Origin: Candidatus Sumerlaeales bacterium
GTDB lineage: Bacteria > Sumerlaeota > Sumerlaeia > Sumerlaeales > Sumerlaeaceae
Length of the DNA stretch: 64,000 nucleotides
Reading direction: 5' to 3'
Assembly: GCA_038243585.1 (NCBI GenBank)
Contig: JBBSQY010000006.1
Coordinates: 1 to 64,000, forward strand
Below the pieces are notes generated by a model, which saw only the letters and a program-made list of their open reading frames with translations, searched no databases and was not told where the DNA came from. The translations under genes and the position numbers were made by a program. Of the stretch, positions 1 to 8,914 are shown piece after piece (within the stretch, counting starts at the first letter, position 1; every line of letters starts with the position of its first letter).

Positions 1-332
1 ACAACCCCAGCGAAACCACGAAAGGCAAACCTCCAGTTAAACATAAAAAAAACAAGAGTGAAGGAAACACGCCCACTCAACTTGACTCAAACCTGATAAA
101 CTAAAACTCCAAAACTAACGGGCTATACGCTTGTTTAAGGTATAGATTAGGTTTTGTAAACGCAATTAGGTGTAAAGTACAGCTCTGTGATGATGTCAAC
201 TTTAACATCAATTTCGGTAAGCAATTAGACTTTAATCACATTTTTTTAGTCTCAACTGATGACTTCCCCTTGACACAAAGGGTAAACCCGCGTCATATCC
301 GCCGATTTTGTAATTTCCTGAGGAGCCGAAAA

Positions 333-1178
333 TTGATATCAGATAAGCCTGCCAAACCGTTAGTTGAAGAAACATTTGGCGAAAAACTGGAACATTGGTA
401 CGAGAATAACAACAAATGGTTAAACGTCTTGTTGGTAGTGCTCCTTGCCGGGGTCATCGGTTATAAAGCTTATAATTGGATTAATGCTCGCGGCGTAGCG
501 AAGGCGAACACAGCTTATGGCCTGGCCCTGAATCGCTTTCAAATGGCGTATCAAAGCCAGGATGAAGCGAAAAAGGTTGATGAGCTTGGAGGCGCTATCA
601 CTGCGGCTCAGCAGGTGGCGGAGGAGTATGGCGACAAATTTGTTGGCCGCCAGGCACAACTGATGATAGGGAATGCACAGTATAGTATCTCGTTATCCGA
701 GAGTGGCAAAGGTATTGAAATGCTAGAAAAAGCTCGGGATAGTTACAGAAAATACTTGAGCATGGTTTCCACAAATAACGAAAAAGCAGCTGGAAACATT
801 GCTTTGGGCAATGTTTTGGAGAATCTTTCCTTCGTCCGCAGCGATGAAAAAGTCCTTCAGGAGGCTGCGGACGCGTATAAGCAGGCAATGTCGGCAGGTG
901 AAGGAACCTATTTGGGAGCAGAAGCGAAACTGGCTTTGGCCCGTACTCAATCCGCTATCAGCACCAAAGAGGCGCAGGAAAATGCCGCAAAACTTTTTGA
1001 GGAAGTTGCCAAGACCAGAGGTATTCAACTACTGTCCACTATGAAACTTGAAGATGTTAAGCCGGTTGAATTGGAATCTGGTGATACCCTGACACCTGAA
1101 GAAATCGTAAACTTAAAAAATATGGCGGAATGGTCACAGCATCAGATAGCCGATGACTCACTGGCCCGGTTGAAATAA
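333..1178 (+). CDS. Membrane-anchored tetratricopeptide-repeat protein (YfgM-like)
   Basis: Single N-terminal TM segment (WLNVLLVVLLAGVIGY) followed by helical Ala-rich TPR-like repeats. Start moved from ORF start 270 to in-frame TTG 333, which has AGGAG 7 nt upstream. Confidence 0.65.
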   Translation: MISDKPAKPLVEETFGEKLEHWYENNNKWLNVLLVVLLAGVIGYKAYNWINARGVAKANTAYGLALNRFQMAYQSQDEAKKVDELGGAITAAQQVAEEYGDKFVGRQAQLMIGNAQYSISLSESGKGIEMLEKARDSYRKYLSMVSTNNEKAAGNIALGNVLENLSFVRSDEKVLQEAADAYKQAMSAGEGTYLGAEAKLALARTQSAISTKEAQENAAKLFEEVAKTRGIQLLSTMKLEDVKPVELESGDTLTPEEIVNLKNMAEWSQHQIADDSLARLK

Positions 1179-1233
1179 GTAAGGCAGGGGTGGGTACAGA
1201 ACTTTGAAGGTATTAAGCTAGAGGAGTGGTCGG

Positions 1234-1467
1234 GTGGCTGAGAAAGATTTAAAATATGAAGACAATGCAGCGGGGAAATTTTATGTTGATAACACATGCA
1301 TTGACTGCGATGCCTGCCGCCAGATAGCCCCGGATAATTTTAATAGAAATGACGAAGGCGGATACTCGTATGTCTTCAAACAGGCGGAAAACGAACAGGA
1401 AGCTGAATTGTGCCAGGAAGCCCTAGAGGGCTGCCCAGTAGAAGCAATCGGAGACGACGGCGACTGA
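1234..1467 (+). CDS. Ferredoxin (single 4Fe-4S cluster type)
   Basis: CIDCDAC...CP motif, acidic 77 aa, GAGGAG RBS before GTG. Confidence 0.9.
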   Translation: MAEKDLKYEDNAAGKFYVDNTCIDCDACRQIAPDNFNRNDEGGYSYVFKQAENEQEAELCQEALEGCPVEAIGDDGD

Positions 1468-1503
1468 TGTCTCTCGCTGATCCCATTCAGATTTAAATGA
1501 TTT

Positions 1504-1542
1504 AACGCCTGATGCCCATTTAGCCATCAGGCGTTTTTCTTT
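1504..1542 (+). terminator. Intrinsic terminator after the ferredoxin
   Basis: AACGCCTGATG (1504-1514) / CATCAGGCGTT (1525-1535) inverted repeat followed by T-rich tail. Confidence 0.8.
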
Positions 1543-1623
1543 AACGCATCGTGTTCAGATACTGTGATACCGACTCATTATACCACTCGCCAACTTACGG
1601 CTACAATTTTTGCAGGAGAAATC

Positions 1624-2409
1624 ATGCTTACTTCCGCTATACAACAATTGCTATGTGCATTCGCTATGCTTGCTCTGAGTGCGAACTGCCTGGCACAGGA
1701 CGGAAACCGTATTCCGCCGGGTGAAAATGAGACTGCTAAATTCATTCTGGCTGAAATCCAAACCCGAGTTGATAAAATCCAGACACTGAATGCCACACTT
1801 GAGTTCGATCAAAAGGACGAAGACAAAGGGAAGAAGAAAAAAAAGAAGAAAAACCAGGTTGCCGGTGGAAACGGGCTTAATACGGCATGGCCGGAACCTC
1901 CTGGTCGCGACGTAGAGCGCGGTCCATTACAAATCAGCAGGGGAGCAGGTGCTTATCTCTATCTGGAGCGGAAGAAGGAGAAAGAAGAGTACATTGCGAA
2001 CCCGAGCTCGCTTTGGAAGCATGATATCGACGATAAAGAAGCTCGTCTCGTACCAACAAACTGGCCGGTAATTGAGACCTTCTTAAGTAACGCTCTGCGA
2101 ATGAACGTTTTCGTGGCCATGGAGGAAAGTACTATAAAGTTTGAGGGAACGGAAAATGTCGGCGGCGTGCCTTGCTGGCTGTTGGTGGGCAGTTCGCCAT
2201 CGAAACTTAGTATGGTAGGCGTAAAACAGAGAACGTTAAAGATATGGGTCAGCAAGCAGGATGGCATTCCCAGATTAATTAAGATATCGGGTGAAGACGA
2301 CAGTATTATACGCTTACTAAACGTGCGGTTAAATCAGCCAGTGGACGTCGACAAATATAAGTTTTCGCCACCGGAAGGTGTGGAAACAAAAAACATATTA
2401 GGATTTTAA
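1624..2409 (+). CDS. Secreted LolA-fold (lipoprotein carrier/DUF2092-like) protein
   Basis: Signal peptide; LolA-like segments 'IQTLNATLEF', 'GTENVGGVPCWLL', 'LKIWVSKQDGIP', 'NQPVDVDKYKFSPPEG'. Start moved to ATG 1624 behind AGGAG. Confidence 0.65.
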   Translation: MLTSAIQQLLCAFAMLALSANCLAQDGNRIPPGENETAKFILAEIQTRVDKIQTLNATLEFDQKDEDKGKKKKKKKNQVAGGNGLNTAWPEPPGRDVERGPLQISRGAGAYLYLERKKEKEEYIANPSSLWKHDIDDKEARLVPTNWPVIETFLSNALRMNVFVAMEESTIKFEGTENVGGVPCWLLVGSSPSKLSMVGVKQRTLKIWVSKQDGIPRLIKISGEDDSIIRLLNVRLNQPVDVDKYKFSPPEGVETKNILGF

Positions 2410-2454
2410 TTTGCTTATGATGATGTTTGATATTTACCAATACTACCCTACGAT

Positions 2455-3522
2455 ATGAATGACAAACGAAAAATCAGCGTAGGAATTATAGGAGCTGCCG
2501 GTCTGAGTGCCGGTCGACTTATTGATTACCTTCTTAACCATCCCAACATAATTTTACACTCTTGTGTAAGTGAATCATCACCGGGCCAACCGCTCCATTC
2601 GGCCCACCCCCGGTTACGTGGGCGTACAACAATGAAGTTCGACTCACTGGATCATTCCAAGTTAGCGGAATGCGACGTCGTGTTTTCTTGTAAAAAAGCT
2701 GGTGGTTCGTTCGATTATGTCGCGGAACTATTAGCGAACGGGCGACGAATAATCGATTTAAGTGGGGATTACCGCCTAGCCGACAGCGCCTTGTATCCGC
2801 GATGGTATGGCATCGAGCACAAATATCCAGAGCTTCTAAAACACCGTAAGGCTGTTTATGGATTGCCTGAATTCTATCGTGATGAAATCCGTGTCGCCGA
2901 TTTGCTTGCAAACCCTGGCTGCTATACTACAACTTCTATACTCGCGTGTGCTCCACTGGTAGCAAACGGTTATGGAACCGAAGCGCCAATAATTATTAAT
3001 GCCATAAGTGGCGTGAGTGGAGCGGGTCGCAACGCCAGTGCTGATAATCAATATCTTGCGGTTTCTGAAAATATCAGAGCATACCGGGTGGGAAGCCACC
3101 AGCATACTCCTGAAATAGAGCAGGAGTTGGCCGCACTGGGTGGCCAAAGGAACGACTCTGCAAAAGGCGTTAGGGTCTTGTTCGTGCCTCATGTCGGCCC
3201 ATTTAAATACGGAATCATGGCGGACTGCTATCTGGCGGTCCCAACCTCAATTCCGATGCCGACCAACGAGGATCTCTATAAAATTATGGTAGAAACGTAT
3301 AAAGAACAACCGTTTGTGAGAGTGTATGAGCCAGGCCAGCTGCCACAAGTGGAGTTTGTGACAGGCACTAATTTTTGTGATATTGGCATGGTTGCAGACG
3401 AACGCACGCGAACCGTGGTAGTGGTGAGTGTTACGGACAACCTGGTTAAAGGTGCCGCTGGTCAGGCGATTCAAAACATGAATATCATGTTTGATTTCAC
3501 GGAGACAGCGGGGCTTATATAA
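2455..3522 (+). CDS. argC: N-acetyl-gamma-glutamyl-phosphate reductase
   Basis: IIDLSGDYRL, YGLPE, ANPGCYTT (catalytic Cys), SGVSGAGR, DNLVKGAAGQAIQNMN. Confidence 0.97.
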   Translation: MNDKRKISVGIIGAAGLSAGRLIDYLLNHPNIILHSCVSESSPGQPLHSAHPRLRGRTTMKFDSLDHSKLAECDVVFSCKKAGGSFDYVAELLANGRRIIDLSGDYRLADSALYPRWYGIEHKYPELLKHRKAVYGLPEFYRDEIRVADLLANPGCYTTTSILACAPLVANGYGTEAPIIINAISGVSGAGRNASADNQYLAVSENIRAYRVGSHQHTPEIEQELAALGGQRNDSAKGVRVLFVPHVGPFKYGIMADCYLAVPTSIPMPTNEDLYKIMVETYKEQPFVRVYEPGQLPQVEFVTGTNFCDIGMVADERTRTVVVVSVTDNLVKGAAGQAIQNMNIMFDFTETAGLI

Positions 3523-3539
3523 GGGGAAATGGAAGGCGT

Positions 3540-3848
3540 ATGGAAGTAGTTGTTGGTCCGCTGAATGCAATTCCACAAAATGGCATGGTCGAGTACACCT
3601 TTGATGGCATTTGTATACTGATTTGCCGGTCTGGAGATAAGTTAACTGCCGTCGGCGGAATCTGCCCTCACAGGGGCGCACAGTTGTCACAGGGAGTGTA
3701 CACTGGAGCTTCGGTGGTTTGTCCATGGCACAACTGGGAGTTTGACATGACAACTGGGAAAGGTATAACTAATCCGATGTCTGCCTTGCCCACTTACAAG
3801 ACCACAATTATGAACGGAGATATCGTTCTGACCGTTCCGGATAACTAA
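3540..3848 (+). CDS. Small Rieske [2Fe-2S] ferredoxin (NirD-like fold)
   Basis: CPHRG...CPWHNWEFD Rieske motifs. Confidence 0.9.
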   Translation: MEVVVGPLNAIPQNGMVEYTFDGICILICRSGDKLTAVGGICPHRGAQLSQGVYTGASVVCPWHNWEFDMTTGKGITNPMSALPTYKTTIMNGDIVLTVPDN

Positions 3849-3932
3849 ATAGTCGTTGCAGAGGTTGTTTGCAGTTCTTCACTTGAAGAGGTATCAGTCT
3901 ATTAATCGGTTAAGTCAGGGAGATTTCGGGCG

Positions 3933-5159
3933 TTGGCAATAGTTGTTCAGAAATTTGGTGGTTCCAGTGTTGCTGATCCAGAACGGATCAGCCGCGTCGC
4001 CGATATCGTAATTCGAGAAAAGCGCGCGGGTAATCAAGTAGTTGTGGTTGTGTCCGCAATGGGCAAAACGACCGATAATTTATTAAGCATGGTGGCTCAG
4101 CTTTCAAGCAGCCCTAATCCGCGTGAGATCGATATGCTGATCTCTACAGGTGAGCAGGTAACCATTGCAATGCTGGCAATTGCTATACAGGCGAAGGGGG
4201 AGTCAGCTATCTCGTTTACTGGAACGCAAGTCGGAATTGTAACCGATAACAGTCACCGTAAAGCCAAAATTATACGAATCAATAACGAGAAGTTGCTCAA
4301 CGCTTTAAACCAGGGCAATGTTGTAATCGTAGCGGGTTTTCAGGGGTGCACAGTTGATAACGAGGTGACTACCCTAGGTCGTGGGGGTAGCGACACTACC
4401 GCCGTTGCGTTAGCTGCCGTATTAAAAGCAGACATTTGCGACATATATACTGATGTGGATGGAGTATACTCCACCGATCCGAGAATTGTACCCGCGGCCC
4501 GAAAGCTTGACCAAATTTCTTACGATGAAATGCTTGAACTCGCAAGCCTTGGGGCGAAAGTCTTACATAGTCGCAGCGTTGAATTCGCAAAAAATTATAA
4601 CGTTCCAGTTCAGGTGCGCAGCAGTTTTCAAAATGTGCCGGGAACCATGGTTATTAAAGAGGAAAAGCAAATGGAAGATATCGTTGTTAGCGGAGTGGCT
4701 TATAACCGCAATGAAGCCAAAATCTCCCTTATTGCCGTGCCAGATCGCCCGGGTGTTGCGGCTGATTTTTTTGGAATGCTAGGCGCTGCCAACATTTGTG
4801 TTGATATGATCATTCAAAACGTCGGCCAAAGTGGCACCAACGACATTTCTTTTACGGTTTCCAAGGAAGATTTCGATGCAGCACTTGCTGTAACAGAACA
4901 GGCAGCAGTTGAACTAAGCGCCAGCGAAGTACGTCATGACAAAAACATCGCAAAAATTTCCGTAGTCGGTGTGGGAATGAAAAGCCATGCTGGAGTAGCG
5001 GCGACCATGTTTCGTGCCTTGGCCAAAAACAAGATTAATATTGAGATGATTAGCACGTCAGAAATTAAAATCAGTTGTGTCATAAGCGAGGATGACGTGG
5101 ATCGAGCCGTTCAGGCAGTCCATGAGGAGTTTGAATTGCAGGATGTCGTCAGCGTATGA
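3933..5159 (+). CDS. lysC: Aspartate kinase (kinase domain + two ACT domains)
   Basis: VQKFGGSSV, TTLGRGGSDTTAV, YTDVDGVYSTDPR, ISTSEIKISC. Confidence 0.97.
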   Translation: MAIVVQKFGGSSVADPERISRVADIVIREKRAGNQVVVVVSAMGKTTDNLLSMVAQLSSSPNPREIDMLISTGEQVTIAMLAIAIQAKGESAISFTGTQVGIVTDNSHRKAKIIRINNEKLLNALNQGNVVIVAGFQGCTVDNEVTTLGRGGSDTTAVALAAVLKADICDIYTDVDGVYSTDPRIVPAARKLDQISYDEMLELASLGAKVLHSRSVEFAKNYNVPVQVRSSFQNVPGTMVIKEEKQMEDIVVSGVAYNRNEAKISLIAVPDRPGVAADFFGMLGAANICVDMIIQNVGQSGTNDISFTVSKEDFDAALAVTEQAAVELSASEVRHDKNIAKISVVGVGMKSHAGVAATMFRALAKNKINIEMISTSEIKISCVISEDDVDRAVQAVHEEFELQDVVSV

Positions 5160-6118
5160 CCGACCGCATTAAGCCGGCGGATCTAACTCTATTAAAAACG
5201 TACAGTATAGCAAGTCGGCCTTCTAAAGTAGATTTCAGTTCCTTGGCGCGAGTTCCAAACATTCATCAGCCTCTGAGCGAGTTTTTTGAGTGTCTGCCCG
5301 CCGTGTTGAAGGCGAAGGAATTGTTGGTGGCTTCCACGCGCATTGCAGAAGCACGCGTGAGCGAACGCGGCATTGTGCTTATGATGGGTGCTCATGTGAT
5401 CAAATGCGGGCTTTCTCCCATAATCATACGTATGATGGAAGAGCGCCTTATTACCTGCATATGCATGAATGGTGCTGCTGCGATACATGACTTCGAAATG
5501 GCTTATTTCGGCGGCACTAGCGAAGATGTTGAAGCCACTCTGGACGATGGAATGTTTGGAATGGCGAGAGAAACGGCGGAAATGATGAACAAGATTATTA
5601 CTGACGGCGTTCGCTTTGGCTGCGGTCTGGGGGAGAGTTATGGCAGGGGATTGCGACACTTATTGCCTAAATATGAAAAAATTAGTATTTTGGCAAATGC
5701 TCATAAGTTTGGAGTTCCGCTTACAGTCCATGTGGCTTTAGGAACGGACACAATTCATCAACATCCATCCTGTAATGGCGAAGCTTATGGCAAAGGCGGG
5801 ATGCGCGATTTTCGTTTGCTGGCAGGAATTTTACCTACAATTCATGATGGTGGTGTGGTGTTAAATGTCGGTAGCGCCGTCCTTATGCCAGAGGTTTTTT
5901 TAAAGGCGCTAACCATCGCCCGAAATTTAAACGGCCCGATTCGAAATTTCACTGCGGTTAATATGGATATGATTCAGCATTACAGGCCGAATGCAAATGT
6001 CGTTCAGCGCCCTACTCAGTCGGGAGGAACTCCTATTTCAATTACGGGTCATCATGAGATTATGGTTCCACTTCTGTATGCCGGGGTAAAGTCATTCTTG
6101 AAAGAGTACAGAAGCTAG
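5156..6118 (+). CDS. Conserved uncharacterised protein, deoxyhypusine-synthase-like NAD-binding fold (GSU2086-like family)
   Basis: MMGAHVIKCGLSP, MNGAAAIHDFE, GTDTIHQHP, GSAVLMPEVFLKA, GHHEIMVPLL; ATGA overlap with the lysC stop. Confidence 0.65.
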   Translation: MTDRIKPADLTLLKTYSIASRPSKVDFSSLARVPNIHQPLSEFFECLPAVLKAKELLVASTRIAEARVSERGIVLMMGAHVIKCGLSPIIIRMMEERLITCICMNGAAAIHDFEMAYFGGTSEDVEATLDDGMFGMARETAEMMNKIITDGVRFGCGLGESYGRGLRHLLPKYEKISILANAHKFGVPLTVHVALGTDTIHQHPSCNGEAYGKGGMRDFRLLAGILPTIHDGGVVLNVGSAVLMPEVFLKALTIARNLNGPIRNFTAVNMDMIQHYRPNANVVQRPTQSGGTPISITGHHEIMVPLLYAGVKSFLKEYRS

Positions 6119-6152
6119 CTCTGGCTAGTATTGCCTTGGCAGGGCATAGATA

Positions 6153-7844
6153 ATGAACTCTAAAAACCGCATACCATGGATTGTGGCCGCTTCCGCAATG
6201 CTTTTTGCGATGGTGGTTCTTGTTCGTAATGAGATTTCGCCGAATCCAACTAAACCCTATGAGATGTCCTTCGACGAGCGTACTGTTATTCGTCCAGTCG
6301 AGCCGGAGTGGCGGCCTGCGCGTTTTACACCTGCGGTGGTTAGGACTGCGGATTACAGTCCCTGGACCAATAATGATCCTGATAACAAACAAATGCCGCC
6401 TTCTGCCATTATCACACAGGTGCCACTTTCACAGGCCACGCCAGAAACTAGCCCAACTCCCATCCCCTTAAATATTTTTCGCGGCATTGTGCTCGATGGA
6501 AATGGCAACCCCATATCAAAGGCACACGTAAGAATTGTAAGCGGAGGCAAGGACAGGGCGGCCGAGCGATCAGCATTATCTTCCACCGATGGCCGTTTTG
6601 CTATCGAAGGGATTCCAAGTTCATTACTTGATAGGGTTGTCGTAGAAGCAGAGGGGTTTTCAGTCTGGATGCTGCAGGATATCCCGCTGCCTTTACCAGA
6701 TGAACTTCAGATCGGTATGAACGCGCTTGCTGGCATAGACGCTGTAATTGTCGATTTTACTACATCAGGATCCACGCCTGTCCTGTTCTCAGGCGAAATG
6801 CAAGCGTCGCTTATGCAGTTAAAGCCTGCGGGTGATATTTCTACCAATTCGCTCGGTATTCCAGAGCCCACGTTGCCTGTGGATAGTTATGTGCCGGTGC
6901 GGAATCAGGATGTTGTAGTGATCGATGGCGACTTGCGTTTTGATAATGTGGAGCCAGGACGGTATAGGGTAGCTGTAAAGTCGGGGAAAAAAATTGCGGA
7001 AAGCGAAGCAATTGGTGTGGCTGAGGCGTCTCGGAGCAGCACTACATTGGTGCTTGGTATGAAGCACACCGTTAAAGGAAACGTAGTAGGCGCTGACACA
7101 GAAAAACCGGTGGTAGAGGCGCGGGTGGGTTTGTCTCCAGCAGGATCACCAGGTGCAGCGCCGGACTTTCCAGATTACCTAAGCTTTACCGATGGAGATG
7201 GGGAATTCGTAATTCCAGAGGTTCAGCCTGGAAGGTTTTGGATGGTCGTCGGCGCTGCCGGCTACACAACGCGAACCATTGAGAATTTTAATATTCTGCC
7301 CGGCGCGCCCCCAGAAAATACATCTGTGACATTAACTAAGCAGGAACCTCTCATAACCGTATCTGTTACAAATTCAGAAGGTAGGCCCATACCTCAGGCA
7401 CCGCTAGTATTAATGACTTCTGCTGCAGAGTCTCCGCGGACATACTTTGGGAAATCGGATGAAGCTGGTCTGCATCGCTTTGAACAATTACATCCCGGCC
7501 GTTACTCCTTATCAATTACCTCGCCTGGCGACCGGACAAGACAAAAGACAGTCAATCTGGAACTGAGCGAGGGTGAAGTACGTGAGTTGGCTGTGCGGTT
7601 TGGCAATCCTGTAGCTGTTACCGGCAAAGTAACCCTTGGTGGAAAATCCTACAAGGGGCTACTGTCTTTCGTATTGCGGGGCGCAGCTATGGCTGATAAC
7701 CTTGTGCCTACTGATAAAAACGGCGGCTTTACCGCAAGTTTAGAACCGGGGGAGTATATGGTTCGGACGCCTGATAAGCCTGGAGGGTCGCTGGTGACCA
7801 TTAACAATACAGAAGCTCAAACCCTGAAAGTGGAACTTCCATGA
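6153..7844 (+). CDS. Membrane-anchored protein with repeated carboxypeptidase-regulatory-like (prealbumin-fold) domains
   Basis: N-terminal TM, Pro-rich linker, repeats such as 'GIVLDGNGNPI', 'TDGDGEFVIPEVQPGRF', 'LHPGRYSLSI'. Confidence 0.7.
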   Translation: MNSKNRIPWIVAASAMLFAMVVLVRNEISPNPTKPYEMSFDERTVIRPVEPEWRPARFTPAVVRTADYSPWTNNDPDNKQMPPSAIITQVPLSQATPETSPTPIPLNIFRGIVLDGNGNPISKAHVRIVSGGKDRAAERSALSSTDGRFAIEGIPSSLLDRVVVEAEGFSVWMLQDIPLPLPDELQIGMNALAGIDAVIVDFTTSGSTPVLFSGEMQASLMQLKPAGDISTNSLGIPEPTLPVDSYVPVRNQDVVVIDGDLRFDNVEPGRYRVAVKSGKKIAESEAIGVAEASRSSTTLVLGMKHTVKGNVVGADTEKPVVEARVGLSPAGSPGAAPDFPDYLSFTDGDGEFVIPEVQPGRFWMVVGAAGYTTRTIENFNILPGAPPENTSVTLTKQEPLITVSVTNSEGRPIPQAPLVLMTSAAESPRTYFGKSDEAGLHRFEQLHPGRYSLSITSPGDRTRQKTVNLELSEGEVRELAVRFGNPVAVTGKVTLGGKSYKGLLSFVLRGAAMADNLVPTDKNGGFTASLEPGEYMVRTPDKPGGSLVTINNTEAQTLKVELP

Positions 7845-8863
7845 GCTCGCCCGTTGCTTCTCTGAACGCTTCAGAACTGGCCGCCACAATAGAGGGCTTT
7901 ACGGGGCGACGCGTACTGCTGGTGGGTGATTTGGTAGCGGACCATTATATTAAAGGAAAGTCATCACGTATATCTCGTGAGGCGCCAGTGCTCATTTTAA
8001 AGTACCAGGAAGAAACCATCATTCCCGGACAGGTAGGAAATACTGCAGCAAACGTGGCCGCTTTGGGGGGTGAAGCGAAGTTGGTAGCAGTTCTCGGTCG
8101 AGACACGCGCGGTGATCAATTGAACGACGCATTGAATTCGGCTGGTGTTAATCTGGATAGCATGGTTCAGTCTCAAGGCGGATGTACATTAACAAAAACT
8201 CGTATTCTTGCAGGAGGCCATCATGCCGCCCGCCAGCAGGTAATTCGCATTGATGACGATGAACGCATGCGTATTACAGCTCATGACCACCAGCTGGTAA
8301 TGGGAAATATCGAGTCCGCCGCTGATTGGGCAGAAGCTATAATTGTCAGTGACTATGGATATGGAGTTATTGATCAGAAAACCTGGGAATTGACGTTAAA
8401 AATAGCAGAACAGCGGAACATCCCACTAGTGCTGGATTCCAGATATAACTTAACCAGTTGGAAGGGAGCCACGTTAATTACTCCAAATGAGGAAGAGGCT
8501 CTTGCAGTAGCTAAATGGGACGGTTCCAGCGATTATTGTATAGATAAAATCGGAGAAACGCTGCGAGACCAGACTGAATGTCGACATCTGATAATTACGC
8601 GTGGCAATGAAGGACTGGTTTTATTTCAGGATGATTGTGCGCCGGTTCACCTGCCGATATTCGGATCTGACGAATGTACTGACGTCACTGGAGCGGGGGA
8701 CACCGTTGTTGCAACGGCAAGTTTAGCGTTAGCAGGAGGAGCAACCCCGCAATGTGCAATGGCGTTATCTAATCTGGGTGGTTCACTTGTAGTTATGAAA
8801 CTTGGTACTGCAACTGTTTCACAATTAGAGATGAAAAACGCCTTGCCCTGCGTCTCCCTGTAA
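7841..8863 (+). CDS. rfaE1: D-glycero-beta-D-manno-heptose-7-phosphate kinase (stand-alone kinase half of HldE/RfaE)
   Basis: VGDLVADHY..G..SRISREAPV, SDYGYG, ITPNEEEA, DVTGAGDTV, VVMKLGTATVS; no adenylyltransferase domain. Confidence 0.88.
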   Translation: MSSPVASLNASELAATIEGFTGRRVLLVGDLVADHYIKGKSSRISREAPVLILKYQEETIIPGQVGNTAANVAALGGEAKLVAVLGRDTRGDQLNDALNSAGVNLDSMVQSQGGCTLTKTRILAGGHHAARQQVIRIDDDERMRITAHDHQLVMGNIESAADWAEAIIVSDYGYGVIDQKTWELTLKIAEQRNIPLVLDSRYNLTSWKGATLITPNEEEALAVAKWDGSSDYCIDKIGETLRDQTECRHLIITRGNEGLVLFQDDCAPVHLPIFGSDECTDVTGAGDTVVATASLALAGGATPQCAMALSNLGGSLVVMKLGTATVSQLEMKNALPCVSL

Positions 8864-8914
8864 ATAATCAGCAAGGCATCGCAAGCATCGCAATCGCACT
8901 AAAGTCATTTTTCG

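Noticed and set aside
15..110. 'GAAAGGCAAACC' resembling the start of a c-di-GMP-I riboswitch
   Set aside because: The downstream GNRA stem and GACGCAAA segment are missing. The region more likely holds the start of a divergent minus-strand gene (ATG at 44) running off the window.
270..332. ORF-track N-terminal extension of the TPR protein
   Set aside because: The TTG at 270 is part of a TTGACA (-35-like) hexamer, and a better RBS-supported start lies at 333.
3849..3932. Lysine riboswitch upstream of lysC
   Set aside because: The spacer is only 84 nt and has no L-box motifs.
8871..8898. Short degenerate tandem GCAAGGCATC-GCAAGCATC-GCAATC between convergent genes
   Set aside because: Too short and irregular to call a repeat element; no spacers, so not CRISPR.
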